NCBI GenBank assembly: GCA_951406725.2
Contig: OX597821.1
Location: 46,934,001-46,998,000 of the forward strand
From: Octopus vulgaris
Lineage: Eukaryota
Direction of reading: 5' to 3'
DNA: 64,000 bases
Part shown: positions 1-13,451 of the stretch, in pieces
Position numbering within the stretch: the first letter of the stretch is position 1
How the letters are laid out: each line of letters opens with the position of its first letter
Notes under the pieces: generated by a model
Seen by the model: only the letters and a program-made list of their open reading frames with translations
Told to the model about the DNA's origin: nothing
The model's database searches: none
Position numbers and translations under genes: made by a program

Positions 1-58
1 ATCACTGCAAATAAGGGACTAAAATTTGACGCCAAGCACTTACTTCAAACATCAATAC

Positions 59-113
<55 letters not shown>

Positions 114-398
114 TACAAACACACAGAGACAGAAATACATACGCACACACACACATATGTAATACAAGTAGGTCATACGGCGTTGTATGGCATGCTCAAA
201 GAATTCTCGGTGATTGGAAATTTGCATCATAATTGTTTAAAAAATACAAAAACAAAAAGGCAATGGCTAGCAACTTTTAAAGACGAAAGGAGATAATTTG
301 AAGTAATTAAAATTTAAGAAATCTCTCTCCCTCTCTCTCACGTTTTCCTCCACACTCTCTCCCTCTCTCTCTCCCTCTCTCTCTCACGTTTTCCTCCA

Positions 399-444
<46 letters not shown>

Positions 445-1025
445 GTTTTTAGAAGTTGCTCAACATTGAGATCGGGTATATAATTTGTTTTCTATAAATA
501 GAAACTCTTCATTTATTTGTAGTATTTGAACCCGTACGTCATTTTGTACATCATTACCTACTTAAATTATATTTATTCAGATTCACCACATGAACCTACT
601 TGAGTTATTTCCCTTTAATCTTTTTTGTGTGTGCTTGTGTGCACGTATGTATACATCTACATATGCATACACATAATATGAAAGTGTAAATGCATATGTG
701 TGTACGTGCATATATTATAAGAATGTGTGCGTATATGGGCATGTACCCATATTTATGTATGTATGTATGTATGTATGTATGTATGTATGTATGTATGTAT
801 GTATGTATGCAACATATTTCACAAATTAAAATCAAAACGTCCACAACTCAATAAAGAAGTGAATACCTTGTAAATTTAAAATGTGTATAATTTTATTAAA
901 GTTTTTATGAGTTTTCAGGAATGTAATTCTGTCTATATGCATCATGGCTTACATAAGATTCGATATCTATTGATACAGGTAAATTTCTGTAATGGCATAC
1001 TTGTTGTATACATACATATACATAC

Positions 1026-1086
<61 letters not shown>

Positions 1087-1088
<2 letters not shown>

Positions 1089-1500
1089 AGTGGCTGTGTG
1101 GTAAGTAGCTTGCTAACCAACCACATGGTTCCGGGTTCAGTCCACTGCGTGGCATCTTGGGCAAGTGTCTTCTGCTATAGCCCCGGGCCGACTAATGCTT
1201 TGTGAGTGGATTTGGTAGACGGAAACTGGAAGAAGCCTGTCGTATATATGTATATATATATATATAATTGTGTGTGTATATGTTTGTGTGTCTGTGTTTA
1301 TTCCCCTAGCATTGCTTGACAACCGATGCTGGTGTGTTTACGTCCCCGTCACCTAGCGGTTCAGCAAAAGAGACCGATAGAATAAGTACTGGGCTTACAA
1401 AGAATAAGTCCCGGGGTCGATTTGCTCGACTAAAGGCGGTGCTCCAGCATGGCCGCAGTCAAATGACTGAAACAAGTAAAAGAGTAAAAGAGTAAAAGAG

Positions 1501-1501
<1 letters not shown>
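1087..1501 (+). mobile_element. SINE family A (tRNA-like head, internal (TA)/(TG) microsatellite, tail ending (AAAAGAGT)n), young full-length copy
   Basis: Pol III A/B-box-like head GGAGTGGCTGTGTGGTAAG...GGTTCAGTCC; near-identical copies at 6193-6593(-) and 39065-39526(+); tandem tail AAAAGAGT x3. Confidence 0.9.
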
Positions 1502-1579
<78 letters not shown>

Positions 1580-1588
1580 GTTTATACA

Positions 1589-1623
<35 letters not shown>

Positions 1624-2018
1624 GTATGTACTAGAAGTAGTCAACAAGGGAATAAGTGACAGAAGAAAATCCCATAACAAAGCCAGGAATATAGTCGAAG
1701 GTAGTCTTTGCTAAGGGTAGATACAGAGACCCGTAGGCAAGACCCAACAACGACATTTTCTCTATTCCATATGTCCCTTAATTTCTCAGTCTCTTTTCCT
1801 TCTTATTTTACTTCTTGCTTGCATCGTATGAACGGCAACGTATATTAAGAACTGAATAAGCTTATATGTGTGATCACGTGGGTATATTTCTGATAGTTTC
1901 CTGACTGCTTAGCCTTACTCTATTTGTTTCATTCAGGAATTGAACCTCGGCTTCCTGTTCTTGCAAACTCGGTTTCCTGTGCTTGCTGTAAAGTTAATCT
2001 CTAAACAGAGTGATAAAT

Positions 2019-2232
2019 TGGTTTAAAATTTTGGCACAAGGCCAGCAATTTCGTGGAAATGGCTTAGTCGATCACATCGAGCCCGGTGTTCAACTTGCAC
2101 TTATTTTATCAAGCCCCAAAGTATGAAAGGCAAAGTCGACCTCGGCGGAATTTGATCTCGGAACTTAAAGATGTACGAGATGCTTGTAAGCATTTTGCCA
2201 TGATTGCTAATGATTCTGCCAGCTTGCCACCT
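2019..2232 (-). mobile_element. SINE family B (tRNA-like head + MetaSINE-like core), monomer with tail B
   Basis: Reverse complement carries GGCAAGCTGGCAGAATC head and GTCGACTTTGCCTTTCAT core; flanking direct repeat TAAACAGAGTGA(T/A)AAAT at about 2002 and 2233. Confidence 0.8.
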
Positions 2233-2959
2233 TAAACAGAGTGAAAAATCACAACAAATACATAAAACGAAACGAACTTCTTAACCACTCGGCCATGCCT
2301 AGGAATGTATGTTGAAGCCCTTAATAATCTATAATCATCAATAAGATCTGTATTTAATTCTATTCCCACTAAAATATGATATGGAGAAAGAATCAACTTT
2401 ATAGTTTTATCTGATTCTTTGCAAATTTTTTTAATGAAAGCTTAAAAGATATTCACAAACGGAAACTGTCAAGGCATAGGAAATCCTTGGAAACCTTTCT
2501 GTTTTTCTTTCTAGCTTTAAGATATAGAAAATAATATAAATATTTAAATGGTTCTACATCCGGTATTGGTTCAGTTTTACTATTTAATCCCTTTATACAT
2601 TGCATTTCTTGACGCTCTTGTAAAAGTATGACGAGCATTCCAAAATGTATCAAATTTCAATAGTTCTTTATTCCTCTACAATATATCCTCAACTCAAATT
2701 GCATTAGTTGTTGGCAATTCTATTGAATCCTATGAATTTTTATTTTTATTTGTTTTTTTGCAAAAAAGGCAAGTGAAATGCAAGAAGTGTATGTGTCTAT
2801 ATATATATATATATATTATAATTTATATATATATATATGTATATATATATATGTATATATATATATACATACATATATATATAGATATAGGTATAGATAT
2901 AGATATATAGATATATACATATATACATACACATATATATATATATATATATATATGTA

Positions 2960-3967
2960 TTAGGTTGTCCGGAAAGTTCTAAGCATCTTTTAATATTCAA
3001 AAAGGAATATGAATAATTTCCATTATTTTTGTGACTTTGTCCATCTTTCAGGCAATTTAAATATTCCATCAGCATAAAATTTGGCTGGTTTGTTAGAAAA
3101 AAGTTATCTAGGTGCATTTTGATACCATCTAAATCGGTAAATGTTTTTCCTTGCAATGAGTTCCGCAGAAACAAAAGCAAGTGGCAATCGGATGGCGAAA
3201 TATCAGGAGAATATGGTGGATGGAGTAAGAGATCCCAGGCAAGTTCATGTAACTCTGTTCGGGTAGCCAAAGACACATGTGGTCGGGCATTGTCTTGCTG
3301 GAACACATCGTATTCAACCTATTTTTCATCTTCAGTTACAAGTTGTTTCAAAAATGGCATGCTTTCATTCCGTTCCAAAAGCATATTACAAACGGAATAC
3401 TGGTCCAAGCAATTGTTTTCTGAGGGTTTTTGAGGGCCCCATACATTATAGCGAGAAATCCATCCTAGCTTCCCTAGGTATTCATGAACCGTACTTTTAG
3501 AAACTTCCAACTACTCTGCAAGTTCTCTAGTCATGATATTTGAGTTTTCTTCGATTTTTGCCTTCAAAACATCTTCATCCGATTCTGAAGGTTTCCCACT
3601 GCAACTGTCATCTTCCAAGCTAAACTCTCCAACTTTAAATTTTGCAAACCACCTTCGAACAGTTGATTCCCCTACAGCATCATCACCATAAACTTCACAA
3701 ATGTATTTGCAAGTCTTTGCAGCATTTTCTTCTTTAAAAAAAAAAAGAAAAGCATTGCAACGGGAATATGACATTTTTGGTTATCCATTTCAAATGTCAA
3801 TAAAGGGTGATCAGAATCAAAGCTAAATCTATCTTAAATCAGGAAAAAAAATAGATGCACTACCACTTCGAGCAACGCCAAAATTTTAACTCTGTTACGT
3901 TTCAGGTGTGTTTACTGAAGCATTAAAACATTTAGGTTAAAAACGCTCAGAACTTTCAGGAACGCAA
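2960..3967 (-). mobile_element. Mariner DNA transposon, decayed, with frameshifted transposase pseudogene
   Basis: Fragments 3511-3774 (HTH, TVRRWFAKFK), 3319-3510 (..LVTEDEK) and about 3030-3306 ([20 protein letters not shown]); imperfect TIRs TTAGGTTGTCCGGAAAGTTCT / AGAACTTTCAGGAACGCAA, flanked by TA. Confidence 0.93.
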
Positions 3968-4298
3968 TATATATAAACGCGCGCACACGCACTTAAACAC
4001 ACACACACATACAGACACGCACTCATCGATACCATTGCAAAGAGGATTTCGAAAACGGGGAAAAATGTCACAAATAAAATTGTTTCGGTAGGATGCGTAT
4101 TCAAAAGAAGAAAATAAGAGCTGGAAAATCATGAAAACTAATATTGAGACGTTTTTCTCTCAAAATCGCAATTATTAATGTTTAATACTCTAATATTAAG
4201 GCAATTCTCAGACGCACAAAAAATACTTAAACAATAAAATTATGGTTGGGTTTATTTCGAATATCGTCCTACGTAATATGCATATATATGTATATAGC

Positions 4299-4550
4299 TG
4301 TTAAAGAGGACAACAAACATTAAGGCAAGGCAAACATCTCAAGTCGTCTACATTATTATTATTATTATTATTATTGGAAAAAATTCAAAGTCTTACAGAT
4401 GTTTCTGGGATATTCCATCATCAGAGACAAATCCTATACTGGGAGATATGCAAGAAACAGCTGTAAGACTTTGAACTTTTTCCAATGACAATAATAATGT
4501 ATACAACTTGAGATGTTTGCTTTGCCTTAACGTTGTTGTCCTCTTTAACA
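4299..4550. mobile_element. Fold-back element (about 100-bp inverted arms) with hammerhead motif; probable non-autonomous Penelope-like element
   Basis: Arms 4299-4406 and 4453-4550 are reverse complements; TA-rich flanks. Confidence 0.7.
4388..4430 (-). ncRNA. Minimal type I hammerhead ribozyme motif
   Basis: Minus strand reads GTCT-CTGATGA-TGGaatatcCCA-GAAA-catctg-TA-AGAC: stem I GTCT/AGAC, stem II TGG/CCA, GUA cleavage triplet. Confidence 0.65.
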
Positions 4551-5447
4551 ATTATATATCTGCTGCATCGAAAATCTGCAATTGTTACATAACAACCTTG
4601 GAGCTCCAGTAATCCGTTACAGCACTTACCTAGTTTAGATCACATGTGAACTAAACACCCATAATTTGTATATGTATAGTTATATTTTTCTTACGATAGA
4701 TACAGACTGCATAGAAGCGCTTAAGTTGAACCTGAGACGTTAGACAAGCATAATAAATGGAATACACACACACACAAAAATATGTATACATAGATATAGT
4801 TTCACATAAACGAACACTTTGTTTATGTATGTATGTATATATATACACACATACACACATTAATATTCAGCGACTCGTGTGTTTTAAAAAAAAAAAATTC
4901 AATTATTCACGTATTCATGTATTCCAATCGACAATTGTCAGATTTCTAAGAAATGTAGCCGAAATATAAATAAATTATGTTATAAGGGCTGTTATCTAGA
5001 CAGTCCACAATTACATGTAGTAAAGTCGGTCGGGAAAATGAAGTTTCTCTGTTACGTTTAATAACAACTGTGATATGTATTATCACAAGTAATGTATAAT
5101 TTATTGTTTGGCAAACAAGAAGCGTATTCCTTTCATGTGTGTAAAACATAAACAAAAGACGACAACCTATCTAGTTTTGATATGATAAGGTTATTTTTGT
5201 TGCGATTGTTTTAGGTTATTTCAATGAAAACTAAGCCACTATACGTTCCGTGTATAACTGACTTTCAAAGCTCGTGTGAAGATAACAAGTCACATTCAGG
5301 AACTGGTTGGTTTATTCATCACCATTGTCTACTTTAACAATAATCTTTATAATAGGAAAGACAATACAACGATGTTTGTCACGACACCAAGTGAAACAGT
5401 TGCTATTGTAAAACTACAGATGACCGAAATTGATTTAGACCACAATC

Positions 5448-5879
5448 GGATCTTTTCGGTTTGAACGGCAGTTTTTTAAAATAATTTCCACGTAACTAAA
5501 CACTTTTAAACTTCGTATACTGGTAGAATGTATTTATAAACATCTTGTTCTCTTGGCTTTATTGAGAAAATTCTATACTTTGTAAGATATTTGTTGTTTT
5601 TTTTTTTTTCAATTTCTGCAATTTCAACCAATCAATGACGTCTATTGAGGTAAAAAAAAACATTCTGTGCCGTATGAATATGTCCCTCGTTTAAGAAACA
5701 GATTGGGTTTATTTACATTTCTAAAGAAAAAAAGATACCCTTCCCCCCACCCCTAACCCTAACTAACCCTAACCCTAAAACAGATTAAAATGCAATAGAT
5801 CGATACTAGGGTCATAATTATGGGTGACAATTTCATATGACACCACTAGAAAAAACTGCCGTTCAAACCGAAAAGATCC
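5448..5879. mobile_element. MITE with GG termini, about 29-bp TIRs, 8-bp TSD and internal (CCCTAA)n; Merlin-like by termini
   Basis: TIR GGATCTTTTCGGTTTGAACGGCAGTTTTT and its exact reverse complement; TSD CCACAATC at 5440-5447 and 5880-5887; second copy at 30988. Confidence 0.9.
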
Positions 5880-6192
5880 CCACAATCTACATAGCTCACA
5901 CTACCTATCAACTTTTCCATCAATGTTTATCAATAAAACAACAAAATTGGGCACATAAAAGACGAGATAGCCATAGCGGGTATGTATTTGATCAATGAAG
6001 GGTGGCTTAGAGCTAAACACACAAACATCATTAACACCGACAACTTCCGTAAATATCACTTCGGTAGCTGATAGATATTGCAACGGGTAGTCATGGATGG
6101 TGGCTACCGTGAAGGTAGCAAGTTGGAAAAATTGAGTCCAACGTTAAGTCCTGAAGAAAGATGATTGATCTAAGAACTCACTTATTTTGGAA

Positions 6193-6593
6193 TACTCTCT
6201 TTACTCTTTTACTTGTTTCAGTCATTTGACTGCGGCCATGCTGGAGCACCGCCTTTAGTCGAGCAAATCGACCCCGGGACATATTCTTTGTAAGCCCAGT
6301 ACTTATTCTATCGGTCTCTTTTGCCGAACCGCTAAGTGACGGGGACGTAAACACACCAGCATCGATTGTCAAGCAATGCTAGGGGGACTAACACAGACAC
6401 ACAAACACACACATACATATATATATATACATATATACGACAGGCTTCTTTCAGTTTCCGTCTACCAAATCCACTCACGAGGCATTGGTCGGCCTGGGGC
6501 TATAGCAGAAGACACTTGCCCAAGATGCCACGCAGTGGGACTGAACCCGGAACCATGTGGTTGGTTAGCAAGCTACTTACCACACAGCCACTC
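6193..6593 (-). mobile_element. SINE family A, young full-length copy
   Basis: Near-identical reverse complement of 1087-1501. Confidence 0.9.
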
Positions 6594-7332
6594 ATGAAAG
6601 AGCAATAAAAATAATGGTGTTGGTGTAGATATCGTTTCTAGCAGAAAGATGGTATTAATCAATTAAATTCTCCACACTGTTTGACGAGTACTCTATTCTA
6701 TCAACGCCGAGTAGATGAAATGTAAAGTTGACTTCAGTGGGATTCGAACTCAGGATGACAACTTTTAGGAATATTGCAAAGCATAATTTTTCTATACACT
6801 AATGATTCTAATAATGCCCTGCTTTTTTATCTATTTGTATAAATAACTACATAACAAAGACATTACTATCTTTTTTCTTTGTGAAGTTTTATAATATACG
6901 ACTTATTAAAGAGTAGAAGGGCAGTTATGATACTAGCACCTCCATCACCATCACCATCACCGAGATAACTGTTGAGGGAAAGAGAGAAAGAAAACTAATT
7001 ATGGGTCGAACATTCAAATATTAAGTTTACAACAGAGACTTTGGGTACTAATAACAGTGTGAACTCTGGTAAATCTACCTCAGGGACCATGCAATGCTGT
7101 TAAATCTTGCGATTATCTAATAGGCTAGTCGACATTTGTACAGCTTCCAAATTGTACATGTAAAGTATAAGTGGACCTGAATCTAACGTTAGAAGACATT
7201 TGCCTATGCAATAGAATCAAATCTGAAAACAGATGATTGCGCAAAGAAATTCTTAATCCCCATAGCTACATTTGCGATCATTGGACTCGCTCCACCTGAT
7301 TATTGTATATCTGTTGATATTTAATTTTAAAC

Positions 7333-7524
7333 CTAGCGCGTCGGGAAAGATGCTTAGCGGCATTTCGTTCGGTTCTACATTCTGAGTTCAAATTCCACCG
7401 AGGTTGACTTTGCCTTTCATCCTTTCGGTGCCAATAAAATAAGTACTAGCTGAGCACTGAGGTTAATTTAATCGACTTGGACTATCCCCCAAAACTGCTA
7501 ACCTTGTGCCAAAATTTGAAATCA
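7333..7524 (+). mobile_element. SINE family B, 5'-truncated, tail B
   Basis: GAGTTCAAATTCC B box, GACTTTGCCTTTCATCC core; TSD-like ATATT(T/C)AATTTTAAAC on both sides. Confidence 0.75.
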
Positions 7525-8489
7525 ATATTCAATTTTAAACTTTTAATGTTCTTAACTGTGGCTCTGAAATGAAATGTTTTAATTTAATACCAATAAATAC
7601 GACTATAAATAAGATTATAGTTTATTGTTTCTAAAATATTACTAAATTTCGAAGTTAATATATGTTGTAGAGAAAACAGCCAATTGTCGATATGTTATAC
7701 TCTATCTTGAAGATTGGAGCCGAGAAATAACAGTTTTATGGAAATGGTACTAAAATGTCATATATTCTAGAGAGCCCCGAGCTCTAATGATTATCCTCTG
7801 TAAATATATTTGAAGTAAATATTGACTATCGTTGAACACAAGGATGCATCTATGTAGATATCAGACCTGCGAAAAATAGCATTAAATAACAACCCACCGC
7901 CTCCTAAAAAGGTATGGATACATTGAAAACTGTAATCTGAGATAACCCTAACAAGGACAGGAACGATTTTGACCATGTGTTTGCTCGATCGTCATCAGCC
8001 AGGGGCTAAGCAGCAAAAACAACTGTGGAGTTCAGGGTTTTATCAAATGTTTAAATTTGATAATTTGAAGTTATTTCGTTACATGTAAGTGAATACACAT
8101 TTCTGCATTGATCACGTGAATAACCGTTCACTACCAAAGCAATAAATAGTTGGTGAGTGTCATGAGGAAAAAAATACTAAAATTCTATGATTATCAGACA
8201 CCCTTAGAGCCTGTCCCGATAACTTTTTAGTAGGATATTGCTGGTTCCTGGTTCATAGGATTTTTTTTTTTTACAAATATTGGAATATTGGAGATTTTCA
8301 GCTGAAAGTGAATGATAAATATTTATACATTGATCCACATTGTTTGGTATTGATTCTACACACACAAACACACACCACCACCACCATACCATCACCATCA
8401 CCACCACCATCACTACTACCAAAACCACCACCACCACCATACCACCATACCACCATACCACACCACACCACACTACACCACACTCATGG

Positions 8490-9855
8490 TAGTTAGAAAA
8501 TGAAGGACATATAATTCAATGATTTCTTGATGTCCCAATTTCTCTCAGGTTGACATGTTATCGGGTAAATAAGTATTAATTGTATAGAGAAGCCTAAAAG
8601 ATTACATCTAATAGTATAAAAATGTTATCATTAGATTGCGGACAAATAAATGAAGGATACAAGTACCAAGATGGAATAACAGAAAGAAAAATGAGAAAGA
8701 AATTATTCAAAGCGTACAAAAGAAGGATTAGGGACGGTGCATGAAACGAAACTAAACGGAAGAAATATTATCAAAGCAATGACAATATGAGTCATGCTAG
8801 TATCAAGGTACTCAGCTCCATCGCTAATATGCATTAAGACAGAGCTACAAGAATCAGTGAGAAGAAGCAGGAAGCTGCATTGTTATTATCGCGATAGTGT
8901 GTTTGAAAATCTGTTACACGTGAAGAATTAATGTTGACTGTGGTAAGGAATATCGCAAAAGTCACAAAAATAACAGGAGATTTTAAGAATAGCATGAAGA
9001 ACGATGGAACAATTAGCTCGGAAAAGAAGATATTATATGGCCAATTCATGCAACAAACTGAAGAATTTGGAAGTAAAGGACGTTGGTTGTAGCTAACAGA
9101 TGGAAACCTAAACCGAGAAATAGAATCGCTAATTGTAACCACTCAGGAACAGGTCATCAAAACGAACTTGATAAAAAACATTAAAATTGGCAAAACTTAA
9201 TCCGAGAGCAAACGCAGAATCTGTGGAAAAGGAGGCAAAAGTATCAACCACCTATTCGATGAATGCAGTAAGCTATTGCTAAAAGGGCATAGACGGATGT
9301 ATGGCTGTGTTTCTATAGAGTGCTTGGGAGGTAAGCCAATTTCGTGGATTCAAAATGACAGAAAAGTCATACGAATACGAGCCAGAGGTTATGGTGGGGA
9401 AATGTATTTACAGGATTTTTTTAATAGGATTTCTCCATAAAGTCTGACCATGCTGTTGAAGCAAGGAGAGCAGATATGATCGTAGAAAACAAACAAAAAA
9501 GAACAATAAAAGAAGAGCGTACAATCACAGATTTTGCAATGCTGCATTATAACAGAGTAAATACTCAAGGAATTGAGAAGATTGAGAAATTGCCAGTGAG
9601 ATGAAGTGGGTGTGGAAGACAAAGGTGACAATTGTTCCTGCGGTAATTGGAGCATTTGGTACAACATGCAAAGGGCCACCTAAAAGACGAAAGGATACTG
9701 GATTTGAGATACGCATTATCGACTTGCAGAAATGTGCAATCCTGTATTCTGTAAGACTACAGAAGAAAGATTCTTGATATTTGAGGAATTTTGTCACCAA
9801 ACCTAAAAATGAGTCTCTGCTAACTAAAGTAACATGTAAGCTTTATAATAATAAT
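8490..9855 (+). mobile_element. Decayed RLE-type non-LTR retrotransposon (R4/Dong-like), 3' part
   Basis: Interrupted plus-strand frames read KLNGRNIIKAM, LYGQF, ESLIVTTQEQVIKTN, RICG..SINHL.DECSKL (CCHC-like) and IVPAVIGAFGT; ends in short (TAA)n; many stops. Confidence 0.75.
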
Positions 9856-10540
9856 ACAGCTTAAAACTAAATTTATGAAGCCCCAAATTTAATATTTAAA
9901 GGAACTTATACTTAGATTTAATTAGGCTACATTAATAAAACATAAACTATTTACATTGCTAAGTAGCGATCAAATGTTCTTTGTCAAATTATGCAATATA
10001 AAAGATTTCATTGAGACAATACCTGGAATAACACGGTTAATAAGGGAATAATAAAACATAATTTGGAATTGTAAACGTTTTCTTGTGTGATACGTGAATA
10101 TATTCAGGATTTCGTTCAAATTCCTTAACAACTAACAGCAACTAATTTCTTGCAAATTCTTCTATTTTATATTCATGAAACACTTATAAATGTTTCATGT
10201 ACAACTTGACCTCAATGGCTTCTAATTAGTCATTCCAAAAATGAATCAATCAAATAATTAATTTCGAAATTATCTGAAATACCTTAGAGAATTAAATAAT
10301 ATTAAAAAGTACATGGAAAAGGAATGTCTTTTAATTAACTACCATCGTGATAATTTTGATGATCAAAGTAAAACGATACCAGCTGTTTACTGAAATAATA
10401 CTTGTAACACTATGAGTACACCACGAGTACACCCATACACACACAAACAAACACGCGCGCACACACATAGGCACACGCGCACACATAGCACGCACGCACA
10501 CTAACACAAAAGACATACGCTCGCGTGCGAACGTATACAT

Positions 10541-10978
10541 ACTCTTACTCTTTTATTTGTTTCAGTCATTTGACTGTGGCCATGCTGGAGCACCGCCTTT
10601 AGTCGAGCAAATGGACCCAAGGACTTATTCTTTGTAAGCCTAGTACTTATTCTATCGTTCTCTTTTGCCGAACCGCTAGGTTACGGGGACGTAACCACAG
10701 CAGCATCGGTTGTCAAGCGATGTTGGGAGGAGAAACACAGACACCAAACGCATACACACAAACACATACACACAAACACACACACACACATACATATATA
10801 TTTATACATACATACGACGGGCTTCTTTTCAGTTTCTGTCTACCAAATCCACTCACAAGGCTTTGGTCTGCCCGAGGCTATAGTAGAAGACACTTTCCCA
10901 AGGTGCTACGCAGTAGGAATGAACCCGTAACCATGTGGTTCATAAGCAAGCTACTTACCTCACAGCCACTCCTACGCC
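10541..10978 (-). mobile_element. SINE family A, full-length diverged copy
   Basis: Homologous to 1087-1501 along its whole length. Confidence 0.88.
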
Positions 10979-11312
10979 TAATCGTAATTCTCTCTCTCTC
11001 TCTATATATATATATAATCACCTTAGGTGCTTCCTGTGGTTATGAGTCGTTTTAACTCTTATTTCTAACAATGCTAACTAGTGCCTTTAGCCACTTTAGT
11101 GACGTATACACATACATACTTATATAAATATTCACATATATATACACATATATGTGTGTACCTATATGTATATATAGATACATATAGACATATACGCAAA
11201 GACATAAAATACATAAACATACATACATATATATAATATATATGCCGCCTAACATACACATACACACACATACACACACATGTGTACCCACATACATACA
11301 CACACACAAACA

Positions 11313-11672
11313 TATTCTTTTCTACTCTAGGCACAAGGCCCGAAATTTTTGGAGAGAGGTTCAGTCAATTTGATCGATCCAGTATAATCGACCTCGAAAA
11401 GCAAAGTCGACCACGGTGAAATTTGAACTCAGAACGTAAAGACAGACGAAATACCTATTTCTTTACTACCCATCAGGGGCTAAACATAGAGAGGACAAAC
11501 AAGGACAAACGGATTATATCGACCCCAGTGTGTAATTGGTACTTAGTTTATTGAGCCCGAAAGGATGAAAAGCAAAGTTGACCTCGGCGGAATTTGAACA
11601 AAGAACGTATCGGCAGACGGAATACGGCTACACATTTCGCCCGGCGTGCTAACGTTTCTGCCAGCTCGCCGC
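11313..11672 (-). mobile_element. SINE family B dimer (monomer + tail A, then GGTATT-started monomer + tail B)
   Basis: Minus strand reads GGCGGCGAGCTGGCAG...GGGTAGTAAAGAAATA|GGTATTTCGTCTGTCTTTAC...TGTGCCTAGAGTAGAAAAGAAT. Confidence 0.85.
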
Positions 11673-11869
11673 CACACTCACAAACATATTGCATGACAAG
11701 TGGTTCACACAAGTATGTCAATAGTCACACCGTTACATTTCGAGTTTTAAAATTGCGTGTGAATAAATACAATACGCATATAAATAAATATATATATATA
11801 TTCATGCATATATGTATGCATATTTATACACGTATATGTAAATATACATATGTATTTGTGTATATAAAT

Positions 11870-12201
11870 CTGAGACCCCATTTGGTCAAAACATAGACCA
11901 TGGTATTGCACCTAGAAAGTTACCCTATCAGGCACAAATACGGGGAAGGTTGGAAGACCAGCAGTTGCCTATGCATACCAGCCTACCCTCTCCACCTCAC
12001 CAGTGTTATCCAAGGGAAAGGCAACGGCCGATACAGCTTGGCACCTGCGACGTCGCAACCCATTTCTACTGCTGAGTAGACTGGAGCAACGTGAAATAAA
12101 GAATAAAGTGTCTTGCTCAAGAACACAAAACAAGCCTGGTCCGGGATTCGAGCTCGCAACTTCGCAAGCTCGACGCTCTAACCACTGAGCCATGCGCCTT
12201 C
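11870..12201 (-). mobile_element. tRNA-derived SINE (family C-type head/core, different tail)
   Basis: Minus-strand head GAAGGCGCATGGCTCAGTGGTTAGAGC...CTCGAATCCC, then TGTGTTCTTGAGCAAGACACTTT core shared with 14067-14361. Confidence 0.8.
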
Positions 12202-12256
<55 letters not shown>

Positions 12257-12365
12257 CATGCATACATACATGCATGCATACATGTATGGATACATACATA
12301 CAAAGAAGCATATTGAATTATATGTGCGTGTGTGTATATATATATATATATACATATAATATAGG

Positions 12366-12446
<81 letters not shown>

Positions 12447-12540
12447 GTATGTATATATATCAACTTCATTCTATACAAAACCAAAACGAGAATGATATAT
12501 CGGGTGCCCATCTATAGTGCAAGCGATTCACCCATATATA

Positions 12541-12647
12541 TATTTCTTTACTATCCACAAGGGGCTAAACATAGAGGGGACAAACAAAAGGATTAAGTCG
12601 ATTACATCGCACCAGTGCGAAACTGGTACTTTATTTATCAACCCCGG
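12541..12647 (-). mobile_element. SINE family B 3' fragment with tail A
   Basis: Matches the tail of 32170-32386. Confidence 0.7.
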
Positions 12648-12974
12648 GTGACATGGTTTATATATTTACTGATGACTATATTTAAAATCACCAAGGTTAC
12701 GGATTCCTCTATCATGAACACACTTTACATTATTCGACATTGATCAAATTTTTTACAATCTGTGGCTACATCAGTTTACGTTTTTGATGTCGATACAATA
12801 GCCTATGTTTAAAGTAGTGTAGAGACAACATGCCAATATTAATTTTTATAAACATTCAAAACATCTGCTTCAATTTATCATTACGCCTACTGAGAGCTTC
12901 TTGTACACAAACCATCATATTTATACAATTAAGGATACTGAATTGTTGAAAATTATGCAAGGAGTTTCATAATG

Positions 12975-13315
12975 GGACCTACACGGTGCTGGTTTCAGTA
13001 CGACCCCGGAACACCTGGCGAGAGTGTTTTCTACTTTCGCCACGGGCCGACCAAACTGAGACAATCTGGCAGACGGAAACTGAAAGAAGCTCATCGTGTA
13101 TGTGTACATATATGTTTGTGTGTATATGTGTGTTGAGGTGGGGGTGGGGTGCGCGCGCGTGCGTTTTTGTGTGTATGTGTGTGAGTGTTTCTTTGTGCCT
13201 GCGTTTCACTCCGCCACTGCTTAACATCCGAGGTTAGGAGAAAGAGGACTGGGGACATTTCACTCGACTAAAATCCTGCATGGCCGTAGTCTACTGATTG
13301 AAAAATGTAAAAGAT
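12975..13315 (+). mobile_element. Old degenerate SINE family A copy
   Basis: GGCAGACGGAAACTGAAAGAAGCTCATCG, internal TG tract, degenerate tail. Confidence 0.6.
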
Positions 13316-13399
13316 AATACACACACACACACAACTGTATATATGTGTGTGTGTATACTACATTATTTTTGTTGTTTACACACCTATCTTCGTCTTTTG

Positions 13400-13451
<52 letters not shown>

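Noticed and set aside
2330-2770. AT-rich coding-like stretch on the minus strand
   Set aside because: No diagnostic motif; cannot be assigned
5750-5778. True telomere or chromosome fusion site
   Set aside because: Only a few CCCTAA units, inside a TSD-flanked MITE present twice
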